From: Blastocatellia bacterium
GTDB lineage: Bacteria; Acidobacteriota; Blastocatellia; RBC074
NCBI GenBank assembly: GCA_035652435.1
Contig: DASRDU010000099.1
Span: forward strand, 130,453 to 194,452
DNA length: 64,000 nucleotides
Direction of reading: 5' to 3'
The position numbers and the translations under genes are program-made. Below, piece by piece: positions 29,465 through 39,185 of this stretch. A model generated the notes under the pieces. The model ran no database searches. It saw nothing but the letters and a program-made list of their open reading frames with translations, and was not told the DNA's origin. The stretch's first letter is position 1, and the number at the start of each line of letters is the position of its first letter.

Positions 29465-30577
29465 ATGTGGCAGCGGCATCGAATTCTGTGGACATCCATC
29501 GCGGCAGGCTGGATGCTGATCGCGCTCTCGTTCACGCTCAATTACTACCTTTTCTCCGGCCATTACGTCGAAATCTTCTCGACCCCGCCGACGCTCGTGC
29601 AGATGCTGGTGTGGGAGATTCCGTACTGGGTTTTGTGGGCGGCGATGGCCCCGCTCGTCTTCCGCATCACGCGGCGCTTCCCGCTCGGGCGCGAAAAGTG
29701 GCTTGGCAATGCGTTCGTACACATCGTCGCCTGCTTCCTGCTGACGGTCGGGCACCGGTTCGTTTACCTGCCGATCTGCTGGCTGCTTTACGTTGATGCT
29801 TACCGGAAAATCCCGACGCTGTTCGGGCTCTACAGTTCGGACCTTTTCTTCAACCTGCCGACGGGGTTTATGAGCTACGGCACGATCCTGCTGGTGAGCA
29901 ACGTGATTGATTATTACGAGCGGTATCAGGCCGGGCAGCTGCATGCGTCGCAGCTCGAAGCGCAGCTCGCGCAGGCGCAGTTGCAGGCGCTGCGGATGCA
30001 GTTGCAGCCGCACTTTCTCTTCAACACGCTCAACTCGATTTCGGCGCTGCAGCTGACCGACGTGCAGGCGGCGAACGCGATGACGGCGCGCTTGGGGGAT
30101 TTTCTGCGCCTCACGCTCGACAACGCCGGGACGCAGGAAGTGACCCTGCGGCAGGAGATGGAGTTCCTGCGCTGCTATCTGGAAATCGAGCGCGTCAGGT
30201 TTCAGGATCGGATGAAGGTGACAGTGGATGTTGATCCCGAGGCGCTCGACGCGCGGGTGCCGAACCTGATCCTGCAACCCATCGTCGAGAATGCCATTAA
30301 ATTCGCCGTGATAATGCGCACGGCAGCGGGACATATTCAGATTCGGGCCCGGCGGGTCAACGGCTTTCTGCGGGTGCAGGTCGAGGACGACGGCCCCGGC
30401 CTGCAGCTGCCGCGCAACAGCAACCGGGCCACGCGCGGGGGCGTCGGCCTGACGAATACCGAGGCGCGGCTGCGGCAGCTTTACGGCAGCGCCCATCGTT
30501 TCGAACTTGGCAATGCGCCGGACGGCGGGTTGCTCGTGACGATGGAAATTCCAATTGGTACAGTACCGCGAGCGTGA
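29465..30577 (+). CDS. LytS/YehU-family sensor histidine kinase (multi-TM, His_kinase + HATPase)
   Basis: Five or six N-terminal TM helices. LQPHFLFNTLNSISAL is the LytS-type H-box. QPIVENAIKFA...DDGPG...GGVGLTNT are ATPase boxes. Confidence 0.85.
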   Translation: MWQRHRILWTSIAAGWMLIALSFTLNYYLFSGHYVEIFSTPPTLVQMLVWEIPYWVLWAAMAPLVFRITRRFPLGREKWLGNAFVHIVACFLLTVGHRFVYLPICWLLYVDAYRKIPTLFGLYSSDLFFNLPTGFMSYGTILLVSNVIDYYERYQAGQLHASQLEAQLAQAQLQALRMQLQPHFLFNTLNSISALQLTDVQAANAMTARLGDFLRLTLDNAGTQEVTLRQEMEFLRCYLEIERVRFQDRMKVTVDVDPEALDARVPNLILQPIVENAIKFAVIMRTAAGHIQIRARRVNGFLRVQVEDDGPGLQLPRNSNRATRGGVGLTNTEARLRQLYGSAHRFELGNAPDGGLLVTMEIPIGTVPRA

Positions 30578-30659
30578 GCGAGCGGAGACCATTCAGACGG
30601 CCCTCTTCCGATTCCCGCTCGCCTGAGGCTCGCGGCACTGTACCGACCTGACTTCGATC

Positions 30660-31439
30660 ATGGCTGAGACAAAACGAATCAGTGCAGTGATAATTGACGA
30701 CGAACCGCTGGGCCGCACGGTCATTCGCGAGATGCTGCGCGGCGATGCCGAAATCGCCATCGTCGGCGAATGCGCGAACGGCCACGAGGCGGTTGAAGCC
30801 ATTGATGACAAACATCCTGATCTGATCTTTCTCGACGTGCAGATGCCGGAGGTTGACGGCTTTGACGTACTGACGGCGCTCGACGCGCGGCGACTGCCGG
30901 TGGTGATTTTCGTCACGGCTTACGACCAGTATGCGGTGCGGGCTTTTGAAGTTCATGCGGTTGATTACCTGCTCAAGCCCTTTGATCGCGAGCGGTTCGA
31001 CAAGGCTTTGCAGCGGGCGAAGTCTTACATCCGGCTTGAGCGCAACGGCGAAGTCAACGAGCGCATCCTCGCGCTGCTCGAAGAACAGAAGGCGAAGACG
31101 AAGTATCTGGAACGTCTGGTCGTCAAAGCCGGCGGGCGGGTCTTTTTTCTCAAGACGGACGAGATTGACTGGATCGAGGCCGAAGGCAATTACGTCTGCC
31201 TGCACGTCAGGAAGGAATCGTACCTGCTGCGCGAAACGATCAGCGGCCTCGAAGCGCAGCTCGACCCGAAAAAATTCCCGCGCATCCACCGCTCGCAGAT
31301 CGTCAACATTGACCGCATTCAGGAACTGCGCCCGTGGTCGCACGGTGAATATCACGTCATCCTGCACAACGGCACCGAACTCACGCTCAGCCGCAGCTAC
31401 CGCGAAAGGCTGCACGAGCTTCTGGGGAAAACGCTCTGA
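30660..31439 (+). CDS. LytTR-family response regulator (REC + LytTR DNA-binding domain)
   Basis: REC domain (VIIDDEPL...LIFLDVQMPEVDGFDVL). C-terminal LytTR domain (GRVFFLKTDEIDWIEAEGNYVCLHVRKESYLLRETI...IHRSQIVN). Confidence 0.88.
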   Translation: MAETKRISAVIIDDEPLGRTVIREMLRGDAEIAIVGECANGHEAVEAIDDKHPDLIFLDVQMPEVDGFDVLTALDARRLPVVIFVTAYDQYAVRAFEVHAVDYLLKPFDRERFDKALQRAKSYIRLERNGEVNERILALLEEQKAKTKYLERLVVKAGGRVFFLKTDEIDWIEAEGNYVCLHVRKESYLLRETISGLEAQLDPKKFPRIHRSQIVNIDRIQELRPWSHGEYHVILHNGTELTLSRSYRERLHELLGKTL

Positions 31440-31493
31440 GAGGCTGTTTGGAAAGTGTCGACACCGCATGATTTCCGTCCCCGAAGGGGACAT

Positions 31494-31646
31494 ATTCAAT
31501 AGCCGTGGGTGAAACCCACGGAGAGCAGGGCCACACGAATTTCAACCCTGAAAGGGTTGTAGTTGATGACTGCAAACTGCGACCCCTTGCGGGGTCGGTG
31601 ATACCGATGACCACAGGTCCGTGGGTTTCACCCACGGCTATTGAAT
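31494..31646. mobile_element. MITE-like element: 153 bp bounded by perfect 28-bp terminal inverted repeats
   Basis: Left arm ATTCAATAGCCGTGGGTGAAACCCACGG (31494-31521). Right arm CCGTGGGTTTCACCCACGGCTATTGAAT (31619-31646) is its exact reverse complement. The 97-bp interior contains a further hairpin, CGACCCCTTGCGGGGTCG. Confidence 0.55.
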
Positions 31647-31935
31647 CAGGCCCTTTCAGGGCCGCCGAAGCAGAACTCTTCAAACAGCCTTCCGGAGGGG
31701 CCTGGGGGGGATTTGTCACGCCCAGATTCCGGTTCGTCACAGCCCTCATCGCCCCCGTCACAAAATGCTTCCTCGCTTCACTCTTACTGCCTAAGATCGT
31801 TCGCATCATCGGCATATTTGTGTGCCGATGACTGAGGCTGAATCAGACGAGCTTTCAGATCAACGAAGCGCCCGGCACTCTCAGGGCGCATTCACCCGGA
31901 CAACAGGCAAACAACAGATCAGGCTTCCTGCGAAA

Positions 31936-32009
31936 GTGTCAGTAGCCCGACCGTCAGGGAGGGCTTGCTCACACAGCCAAGCCCTCCCTGACGGTCGGGC
32001 TACTGACAC
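31936..32009. repeat. REP-like long palindromic repeat, copy 1 (about 30-bp arms)
   Basis: GTGTCAGTAGCCCGACCGTCAGGGAGGGCTTG-ctcacacagc-CAAGCCCTCCCTGACGGTCGGGCTACTGACAC. A near-identical unit recurs at 45509-45615. Confidence 0.7.
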
Positions 32010-32033
32010 GCCTTCAGACAAAGGGCGCAAATC

Positions 32034-33602
32034 ATGAACAAACTCCTGCTCACTAAACCACTCGACCAGCTTCTCCTCGAAGCGAAAGCGGAAGGGCAGC
32101 ACGGACTCAAACGCGTACTCGGCCCGCTCAACCTGATTGCGCTCGGCATCGGCGCGGTCATCGGCGCGGGCATCTTCATCATCACTGGCGCGGCGGCGGC
32201 GCAATTCGCCGGGCCGGCCATCACGCTCTCGTTCGTGCTGGCGGGCCTGGGCTGCGCTTTCGCGGGGCTGTGTTACGCCGAGCTGGCGGCGATGATTCCG
32301 ATCTCGGGTTCGGCTTACACGTATGGTTACGCCTCGCTCGGCGAATTCATCGCGTGGATCATCGGCTGGGATCTGGTGCTGGAATACGCCTTCAGCGCGG
32401 CGACTGTGGCTTCGGGCTGGGGCGCGAACTTCATCAGCCTGCTTCAGGATTTCGGCCTCCATCTGCCGCCGCAACTGACCGAAACGCCCGGCCAGCAGCT
32501 GTTTTTTTATCAGGGGCGGTGGGAGACGCTGACGACGCTCGGCCCGACGCTCGCAGGCGCGGGCGTCAATCCCGAGACGTTGCCGCACGCGACGGCGCTC
32601 TTCAATCTGCCCGCCTTCGTGATCGTCTGCATTGTCACGGCGATTCTGATCGTCGGCGTCAGGGAGTCCGCCAATCTCAACATCGTCGTCGTCTTCATCA
32701 AGGTCGCCACCGTGATCATTTTCGTCGTCATCGGCACGGCCTGGCTGCTGAAACATCCGCAGGTCGCCGCGACAAACTGGCACCCGTTCATCCCGGAAAA
32801 CAAAGGCCATTTTGGAGAGTTCGGCTGGTCGGGGATCGCGCGCGGGGCGGCCAGCATCTTTTTCGCCTACATCGGATTCGATGCCGTTTCGACCGCCGCG
32901 CAGGAAGCCCGCAACCCGCAGCGCGACATGCCCATCGGCCTGCTCGGCTCGCTCGCCATCTGCACGGTGCTTTATCTCGTGGTCGCCGGGGTGCTGACCG
33001 GAGTTACGCATTACTCACAGCTGAACGTCGCCGCGCCGGTGGCCGTGGCGATTGACACGACGGGCGTGCGCTGGGGCAGCCTGATGGTCAAGGCCGGGAC
33101 GCTCGCCGGATTGAGTACGGTGATGCTGACGACGCTGATGGGGCAGTCGCGCATCTTCTACACGATGTCGAAGGACGGGCTGCTGCCGCCCTGGGCGGGC
33201 GCGATTCACCCGCGCTTCCGCACGCCGTGGATCTCTTCAATCGTCGTCGGCTTGTTCATCGCCGTCTTTGCCGGGTTGCTGCCGATTGGCCTGCTCGGGC
33301 AACTGGTCAGCATCGGGACGCTGTTCGCGTTCATCATCGTCTGCATCGGCGTGCTGGTTCTGCGTAACAAAAGGCCCGAGCTGGCGCGGCCTTTCAAAAC
33401 TCCGTGGGTGCCGTTCGTGCCGGTGATGGGGATTCTGATTTCGCTGCTGCTGATGGCGAGTCTCCCGCTCGATACGTGGATCAGACTGGTCGTCTGGCTG
33501 CTGATCGGGTTTGCCATTTACTTCGGCTACAGCCGCAAACACAGCCGCGTGCAGGCTGCCAGCGAATCGCAGCCCCCGATCCGGGTTGTGGCCGGGGACT
33601 GA
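32034..33602 (+). CDS. APC-superfamily amino acid permease (cationic amino acid transporter-like)
   Basis: About 12 TM segments. LIALGIGAVIGAGIFIITG and LAGLGCAFAGLCYAELAAMIPISGSAYTY are APC signatures. Confidence 0.85.
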   Translation: MNKLLLTKPLDQLLLEAKAEGQHGLKRVLGPLNLIALGIGAVIGAGIFIITGAAAAQFAGPAITLSFVLAGLGCAFAGLCYAELAAMIPISGSAYTYGYASLGEFIAWIIGWDLVLEYAFSAATVASGWGANFISLLQDFGLHLPPQLTETPGQQLFFYQGRWETLTTLGPTLAGAGVNPETLPHATALFNLPAFVIVCIVTAILIVGVRESANLNIVVVFIKVATVIIFVVIGTAWLLKHPQVAATNWHPFIPENKGHFGEFGWSGIARGAASIFFAYIGFDAVSTAAQEARNPQRDMPIGLLGSLAICTVLYLVVAGVLTGVTHYSQLNVAAPVAVAIDTTGVRWGSLMVKAGTLAGLSTVMLTTLMGQSRIFYTMSKDGLLPPWAGAIHPRFRTPWISSIVVGLFIAVFAGLLPIGLLGQLVSIGTLFAFIIVCIGVLVLRNKRPELARPFKTPWVPFVPVMGILISLLLMASLPLDTWIRLVVWLLIGFAIYFGYSRKHSRVQAASESQPPIRVVAGD

Positions 33603-33694
33603 TAAATCGCCAGGCGTATTGACCAGATCTTCACTTTCAGGTTGACCGCTGGCGCTCAATCAACCAGCATGGCGCGAAAAAACCGGAGGCGAAG

Positions 33695-34459
33695 ATGAAC
33701 AACTTATCCCTGAATGAACGTGTCGCGCTCGTCACTGGCGCGAGCAGCGGCATCGGACGCGCGGCGGCAATCGCGCTTGCCGGACTCGGCGCGAGCGTCG
33801 CCATCAACTACCTGCGTAACGCCGAAGGCGCGGAAGAGTGCCGCCGCGCGATTGAAGAAAAGGGCGGTCGCGCCACCGTCGTGCAGGCCGATGTTTCCAC
33901 CGGCGAGGGCGTCAGGCATCTGGTCGAAACCGTCCGCTCGGAACTCGGCCCGATTGACATTCTCGTCAACAATGCCGGCGACCTGATCGAGCGGCGTTCG
34001 CTGCGCGATTACCCGGAAGATTTGTGGGACCGCGTGATGAACCTCAATGCCAAAAGCGCCCTGCTCTGCGCCCAGGGAGTGATGCCCGGGATGATCGAAC
34101 GCAAACGCGGCGTGATCATCAACATGGGTTCGATTGCCGGGAACAACGGCGGCGGGCCGGGGGCGGGCGTTTACGCTGCTTCCAAGGCGGCGGTCAGGTG
34201 CCTGACCAAGGCTATGGCGAAAGAGCTGGCCCCTTACAACATCCGCGTCAATTGCGTCGCGCCGGGGGTGATCGCGACGCCTTACCACGAACGCTTCACT
34301 TCGCCGGAAATGATGGAGGGTTTTGTGAACTCCATCCCGCTCAAACGCTCCGGCACCCCGGAAGAGATCGCCAGCGTGATTGCCTTCCTCGCTTCGGACG
34401 CGGCGAGCTACGTTCACGGCGAGACGATTGAGATCAACGGCGGGCAGCTGATGGATTGA
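33695..34459 (+). CDS. SDR family oxidoreductase (FabG-like 3-oxoacyl reductase)
   Basis: TGASSGIGRA cofactor motif. NNAG. YAASKAA catalytic YxxxK. Confidence 0.85.
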   Translation: MNNLSLNERVALVTGASSGIGRAAAIALAGLGASVAINYLRNAEGAEECRRAIEEKGGRATVVQADVSTGEGVRHLVETVRSELGPIDILVNNAGDLIERRSLRDYPEDLWDRVMNLNAKSALLCAQGVMPGMIERKRGVIINMGSIAGNNGGGPGAGVYAASKAAVRCLTKAMAKELAPYNIRVNCVAPGVIATPYHERFTSPEMMEGFVNSIPLKRSGTPEEIASVIAFLASDAASYVHGETIEINGGQLMD

Positions 34460-34490
34460 GCGAAAGCGAAAAACGATCACAAAATCCCGG

Positions 34491-34530
34491 AAAGGCAGGA
34501 AGCAGGTTCAAGCTTTCTGCCTTTTGATTT
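34491..34530 (+). terminator. Putative rho-independent terminator after the SDR gene
   Basis: AAAGGCAG...CTGCCTTT stem with an 18-nt loop, followed by TTTTGATTT, in a locally AT-rich spacer. Confidence 0.4.
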
Positions 34531-34682
34531 ATCCTTAGCCTTCCGCATTTCGTATTTCCGGTTCTCGAACAAGAAATCAACCCGCGAGGACAGGGAATCC
34601 ATAATCTCAAATTCGCAATCTGAGATTTGGCTTTCGCCGCGCTCCCCGTGGTTGCATCGTTCCACCAACTCAGGAGACAGTT

Positions 34683-35840
34683 ATGGCTGAAGCAGTAATC
34701 ATTGACGCAATCCGCACCCCCATCGGCAGATTCAAGGGCGCATACCGCGAAACCAGGCCCGACCAGCTGCTCGCACATGCGTTGCAGGGGTTGATCACGC
34801 GCACCGGCATAGACAAGGCGAAAATCGAAGACGTAATCGCCGGCTGCGTCACTCAGGTCGGCGAGCAGGGCGTCAACATCGCGCGGCGCACGGCGCTGCT
34901 GGCCGGGCTGCCGATTGAGGTGCCGGGCGTGACGCTCAATCGCTTCTGTAGTTCCGCGCAACAGACGATCCATTTCGCGGCCCAGGGCGTCGCGGCGGGC
35001 GATCATAATTACGTCATCGCTTCCGGCATCGAGAGTATGACGCGCTGCCAGATGGGCAGTGACAGCGCCGAGGTGTGGAAGAGTATTTATCAGGCGATGA
35101 AGGAACACTACGACCTGGTGCATCAGGGCATCAGCGCTGAACTGATCGCCGATAAGTGGAAGATCACGCGGGCGGACGTGGATAACTTTTCGGCCGAGAG
35201 CCACGCCCGGGCGAGCGCCGCCGCGAAGGAAGGGAGGCACTCCGAGATCGTTCCTACCCCGGGCATTGACACCGAGGGCAGACACATCTCGCTGGCCCGC
35301 GACGAAGGCATCCGCGAGGTGATTGACATGCAGAAGATGGCCGCGCTGCCGACGGTGTTCCGTCCGAATGGTGAGGGCGTCGTGACCGCGGCCAATTCGA
35401 GCCAGATTTCCGACGGCGCGGCCGCCGTGCTGGTGGCGAATCGCGAAGTCGCCGAGGCCGACGGCTTCAGGCCGCGCGCCCGCTTCCGCGCGCGGGTGGT
35501 TGTCGGCAGCGATCCGACCCTGCAACTCTCCGGCGTCATCCCCGCGACGCAGAAAGCGCTCGGGAAAGCCGGGCTGGCGATCAATGACCTCGACTGGATT
35601 GAGATCAATGAGGCTTTTGCGACCGTCGTGCTTGCCTGGGAGAAGGAGCTGAAGCCGGACATGGCGAAGGTCAACCCCTGGGGCGGCGCGATTGCGCACG
35701 GTCACCCGGTGGGCGCGACCGGCTCGATCCTGATGGCGAAGATGATCGCCGGGCTTGAGGCGACCGGCGGGCAGTTCGGTTTGCAGGTGATGTGCGCCGG
35801 TCACGGGATGGCGACGGCCACGATCATCGAATGCGTGTAA
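34683..35840 (+). CDS. Thiolase (acetyl-CoA C-acyltransferase family)
   Basis: [19 protein letters not shown]. Active-site NRFCSSAQQ (Cys). C-terminal GHPVGATG and CAGHGMA. Confidence 0.85.
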   Translation: MAEAVIIDAIRTPIGRFKGAYRETRPDQLLAHALQGLITRTGIDKAKIEDVIAGCVTQVGEQGVNIARRTALLAGLPIEVPGVTLNRFCSSAQQTIHFAAQGVAAGDHNYVIASGIESMTRCQMGSDSAEVWKSIYQAMKEHYDLVHQGISAELIADKWKITRADVDNFSAESHARASAAAKEGRHSEIVPTPGIDTEGRHISLARDEGIREVIDMQKMAALPTVFRPNGEGVVTAANSSQISDGAAAVLVANREVAEADGFRPRARFRARVVVGSDPTLQLSGVIPATQKALGKAGLAINDLDWIEINEAFATVVLAWEKELKPDMAKVNPWGGAIAHGHPVGATGSILMAKMIAGLEATGGQFGLQVMCAGHGMATATIIECV

Positions 35841-35853
35841 CATCACGGCCCGC

Positions 35854-36279
35854 ATGGAAGATTACGAACTGGCCATTGAAAAGTCTCCTGACGCGGACGA
35901 CATTCGCTTCCTGAACGAAAGCCTGCACGAACACAACGCGCGCAAATCGGGAGTCGGTGGCGGTGAGTTCATCACGATCTTTCTGCGCGGCGTGAATCAG
36001 CAGATTGTCGGCGGGCTGCACGGCTGGACCGGATTCGGCTGGCTTCACGTTGATGTGTTGTGGGTCAGCGAAGATCTGCGCGGCAGAGGGTATGGCCGGC
36101 AGTTGCTTGTGGCTGCTGAGGAAGAAGCAAGTCGCCGAGGGTGTCGTTATGCCGAACTGGACACCTTCAGTTTCCAGGCTCCTGATTTTTACCTGAAGCT
36201 GGGCTACGCGGTGTTCGGCCTGCTCGATGACATCGCGGGCGAACACAAGTGGTACTTCCTGAAAAAGAATCTTGTCTGA
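35854..36279 (+). CDS. GNAT family N-acetyltransferase
   Basis: 141 aa with the acetyl-CoA-binding motif [10 protein letters not shown]. Confidence 0.75.
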   Translation: MEDYELAIEKSPDADDIRFLNESLHEHNARKSGVGGGEFITIFLRGVNQQIVGGLHGWTGFGWLHVDVLWVSEDLRGRGYGRQLLVAAEEEASRRGCRYAELDTFSFQAPDFYLKLGYAVFGLLDDIAGEHKWYFLKKNLV

Positions 36280-36315
36280 CAAGCTGCTGTTACTCAGTGG
36301 TGGAAGGAGGGTGTG

Positions 36316-36963
36316 ATGGAGATAGCTATTCTGCTTTTCGACCGGTTCACGGCGCTCGACGCCGTCGGCCCTTACGAAGTGCTGCAACGGATTCCGGAAG
36401 CGAAAGTGCGCTTCGTCGCGAGAGAGCCGGGGCCGAAGCGCACCGACACCGGCCACCTCGCGCTCGTGGCTGATCACGCGCTTGATGAAGTCACCTCGCC
36501 TGACATCATCGTGATTCCGGGCGGCCCGGGTCAGTCTGCGCTGATGGATGATCAGCCGGTGCTGGACTGGATTCGCCGCGCGCACGAAACAACGAAGTGG
36601 ACGACTTCGGTCTGTACGGGCTCGCTAGTGCTTGGCGCCGCCGGGCTGCTCAAAGGGTTGCGGGCCACGAGCCACTGGCTGGCGCTCGACGTGCTGCGCA
36701 GCTTCGGCGCCGAACCGACGACGGAGCGCGTAGTCATCGAGGGGAAGATCATCACGGCGGCGGGGGTGTCAGCCGGGATTGATATGGCGCTGACGCTCGT
36801 CGCGCGCGAATGCGGCGACGGGGTGGCGCAGGCGATTCAACTCGGGATCGAATACGACCCTCAGCCGCCTTTCGACGCCGGGGCGCCGCACAAAGCGCCC
36901 GCCGCGATTGTCGAGCGGTTGCGCAGCCGCAGCCGATTCATTACGCAGGGCGGAAAGTCATAA
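36316..36963 (+). CDS. DJ-1/PfpI (ThiJ) family protein
   Basis: [16 protein letters not shown] and the nucleophile-elbow [24 protein letters not shown] lies 5 nt before the ATG at 36316. Confidence 0.8.
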   Translation: MEIAILLFDRFTALDAVGPYEVLQRIPEAKVRFVAREPGPKRTDTGHLALVADHALDEVTSPDIIVIPGGPGQSALMDDQPVLDWIRRAHETTKWTTSVCTGSLVLGAAGLLKGLRATSHWLALDVLRSFGAEPTTERVVIEGKIITAAGVSAGIDMALTLVARECGDGVAQAIQLGIEYDPQPPFDAGAPHKAPAAIVERLRSRSRFITQGGKS

Positions 36964-36994
36964 CGGTTCTTTTCAGATTCGTGGAGAAAAAAAC

Positions 36995-37762
36995 GTGGAG
37001 ATCAATAACAGAACTTTTCTGGTTACCGGCGGCGGGTCGGGACTCGGCGCGGCGACGGCAAAGCTGCTCGCGGCTTCGGGCGGCAGCGTGGTGATCGCCG
37101 ACATCAACAACGAAACAGGCGAAAAGACGGCCGCAGAGATTGGCTCGAATGCGCGTTTCGTGAAAACCAACGTCGCCGATGAAGAGAGCGTGAAGAATGC
37201 GATTGGCACGGCGCTCTCCGCGTTCGGTGCCTTGCATGGCGCGATCAACTGCGCCGGCATTGGCGTCGCGATCAAAACCGTCAGCAAGGAAGGGCCGCAC
37301 CCGCTCGACGCATTCACCCGGGTGATTCAGGTGAATCTGATCGGCACCTTCAACGTGATCCGTCTCGCGGCGGCGCAGATGGCCGGGCAGGAGCCCGACG
37401 GACAGGGCGCGCGCGGCGTGATCATCAACACGGCCTCGATTGCCGCGTTCGACGGGCAGATCGGGCAGGCGGCTTATTCGGCGTCGAAAGGCGGCATCGT
37501 CGGAATGACACTGCCGATTGCGCGTGACCTCGCGCGCACCGGGATTCGCGTCGTGACGATTGCGCCGGGGCTCTTCGACACCCCGCTGCTGGCCGGGCTG
37601 CCCGAAGACGTGCGCAGGGTGCTGGGCGCGCAGGTCCCCTTCCCCTCACGACTGGGCAGCCCGGCGGAATACGCCGCGCTGGCAAAGCACATCATCGAAA
37701 ACGAAATGCTCAACGGCGAAGTCATCCGCCTTGATGGCGCGTTGCGGATGCCGCCGAAATAA
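36995..37762 (+). CDS. SDR family oxidoreductase (3-hydroxyacyl-CoA dehydrogenase type-2-like)
   Basis: [12 protein letters not shown] cofactor motif. YSASKGG catalytic motif. Probable GTG start at 36995 after GGAG. The listed ORF start at 36908 overlaps the DJ-1 gene. Confidence 0.75.
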   Translation: MEINNRTFLVTGGGSGLGAATAKLLAASGGSVVIADINNETGEKTAAEIGSNARFVKTNVADEESVKNAIGTALSAFGALHGAINCAGIGVAIKTVSKEGPHPLDAFTRVIQVNLIGTFNVIRLAAAQMAGQEPDGQGARGVIINTASIAAFDGQIGQAAYSASKGGIVGMTLPIARDLARTGIRVVTIAPGLFDTPLLAGLPEDVRRVLGAQVPFPSRLGSPAEYAALAKHIIENEMLNGEVIRLDGALRMPPK

Positions 37763-37776
37763 TGGGGGGCTGAAAT

Positions 37777-39168
37777 ATGAAGCAGCGATTACTGATTGGA
37801 GCCGCCCTCGCAGTATTGCTGTTATGGATTGCGCCGGCGTCAGACGCGCAGAAGACAAAGTCATCAGCCGGATGGAAAGCCGGACTGGCAAAAGTAATTA
37901 TTACACCTGAAAGCCCCGTCTGGCTGGCGGGCTATGCCGCCCGCACGAAACCATCCGAAGGCAAAATCCACGACCTGTATGCGAAGGCGCTGGCGCTGGA
38001 AGACGTGGCAGGCCGACGCGTCGTAATTGTGACGAGCGATCTGCTCGGATTCCCGCGCGGGCTGGCTGAGGCAATCGCGGAGCAGGCGCGGAAGAAATTC
38101 AACCTGCCGCGCAGCCAGCTGGTGCTGACTTCATCGCACACGCATACGGGGCCGGTACTGAAATCCTCACTCACCGGCGCGTATGACATGACCGCCGAAC
38201 AGCTGGCCGCGGTTGATGCTTACACGGATCAGTTGCGGGACAAGGTCGTCGCGCTCATCGGTCAGGCGATTCAGGATCTCAGACCGGCGAAACTCTCCTT
38301 CGGTCGTGGTGAGGCCCGCTTTGCGGTCAACCGCCGCCAGCTCACGGACGGCGTGATGCGGATCGGCGTCAACGAAAAGGGACCGGTCGAATGGGACGTG
38401 CCGGTGTTGAGTGTCCAGTCGCTTGAAGGCAGTCTGCGCGGCGTCCTCTTCGGCTACGCCTGCCACAACACGACGCTGACGGGAGAGTTCTACGAGTTCA
38501 GCGGGGATTACGCGGGCTTTGCGCAGGCGGAGCTTGAGCAGACTCATCCCGGCGCGCAGGCGATGTTCGTGATGGGTTGCGGCGCGGACGCCAACCCGAA
38601 TCCGCGCAGCTCGCTCGAACTCGCCCGGCGTCACGGCGCGGAACTGGCGCAATCGGTCGAGCAGGTACTGAAGGGCCGGCTTTCAACCGTCGGCGGGCCG
38701 GTCAAAACCGCGTTTGAGAAGGTCACGTTGCCGCTCGTCGTGCCGACGCGCGAAGAGTTTCAATCGCGACTGAAAGATCAGAACGTTTATCGCAGGAGGC
38801 ACGCCGAACGAATGCTGGCGAGACTCGATCGTGACGGCAGACTGATTTCTGAGTACCCGTACCCGATTCAGGTAATGCAATTCGGCAACGACCTGACATT
38901 CATCGCCATGGGCGGCGAAGTGGTGGTTGATTACCTCCTGCGGTTGAAGCGCGAACTCGGTGCGAACGGCCTCTGGGTTGCGGGCTACAGCAATGATGTG
39001 ATGGCTTACATCCCGTCGGTGCGCATCCTGAAGGAAGGCGGTTACGAGGCCAATGACTCAATGCTTTTCTACGACCTGCCGGGGCCGTGGGATCAGGTGG
39101 TTGAAGAAAAGATCATCAGCCGGATCACTGAACTGGCGCGCAGGTGTGGACGCAGGCCGGTCACATAA
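37777..39168 (+). CDS. Neutral/alkaline ceramidase-like secreted hydrolase (paralogue 1 of 3)
   Basis: Signal peptide. AKVIITPESPVWLAGY...SSHTHTGPV pattern. Paralogous to the genes at 45648 and 47009, which share the VxITPPxG...(A)SHTHSGP... block. Confidence 0.6.
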   Translation: MKQRLLIGAALAVLLLWIAPASDAQKTKSSAGWKAGLAKVIITPESPVWLAGYAARTKPSEGKIHDLYAKALALEDVAGRRVVIVTSDLLGFPRGLAEAIAEQARKKFNLPRSQLVLTSSHTHTGPVLKSSLTGAYDMTAEQLAAVDAYTDQLRDKVVALIGQAIQDLRPAKLSFGRGEARFAVNRRQLTDGVMRIGVNEKGPVEWDVPVLSVQSLEGSLRGVLFGYACHNTTLTGEFYEFSGDYAGFAQAELEQTHPGAQAMFVMGCGADANPNPRSSLELARRHGAELAQSVEQVLKGRLSTVGGPVKTAFEKVTLPLVVPTREEFQSRLKDQNVYRRRHAERMLARLDRDGRLISEYPYPIQVMQFGNDLTFIAMGGEVVVDYLLRLKRELGANGLWVAGYSNDVMAYIPSVRILKEGGYEANDSMLFYDLPGPWDQVVEEKIISRITELARRCGRRPVT

Positions 39169-39185
39169 TCAGACAAAAAGCGACG

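Noticed and set aside
31476-31646. Considered whether the hairpin-rich segment after the LytTR gene is a tRNA or tmRNA-like gene
   Set aside because: The structure is a single very long perfect stem (28 bp) with inner hairpins, not a cloverleaf. There are no conserved T-loop (GTTCRA) or D-loop features.
36908-36994. Long 5' extension of the SDR ORF overlapping the DJ-1 gene end
   Set aside because: It overlaps the DJ-1 3' end by 56 nt. The GTG at 36995 follows a GGAG RBS and begins right at the Rossmann motif ([13 protein letters not shown]), as expected for an SDR.
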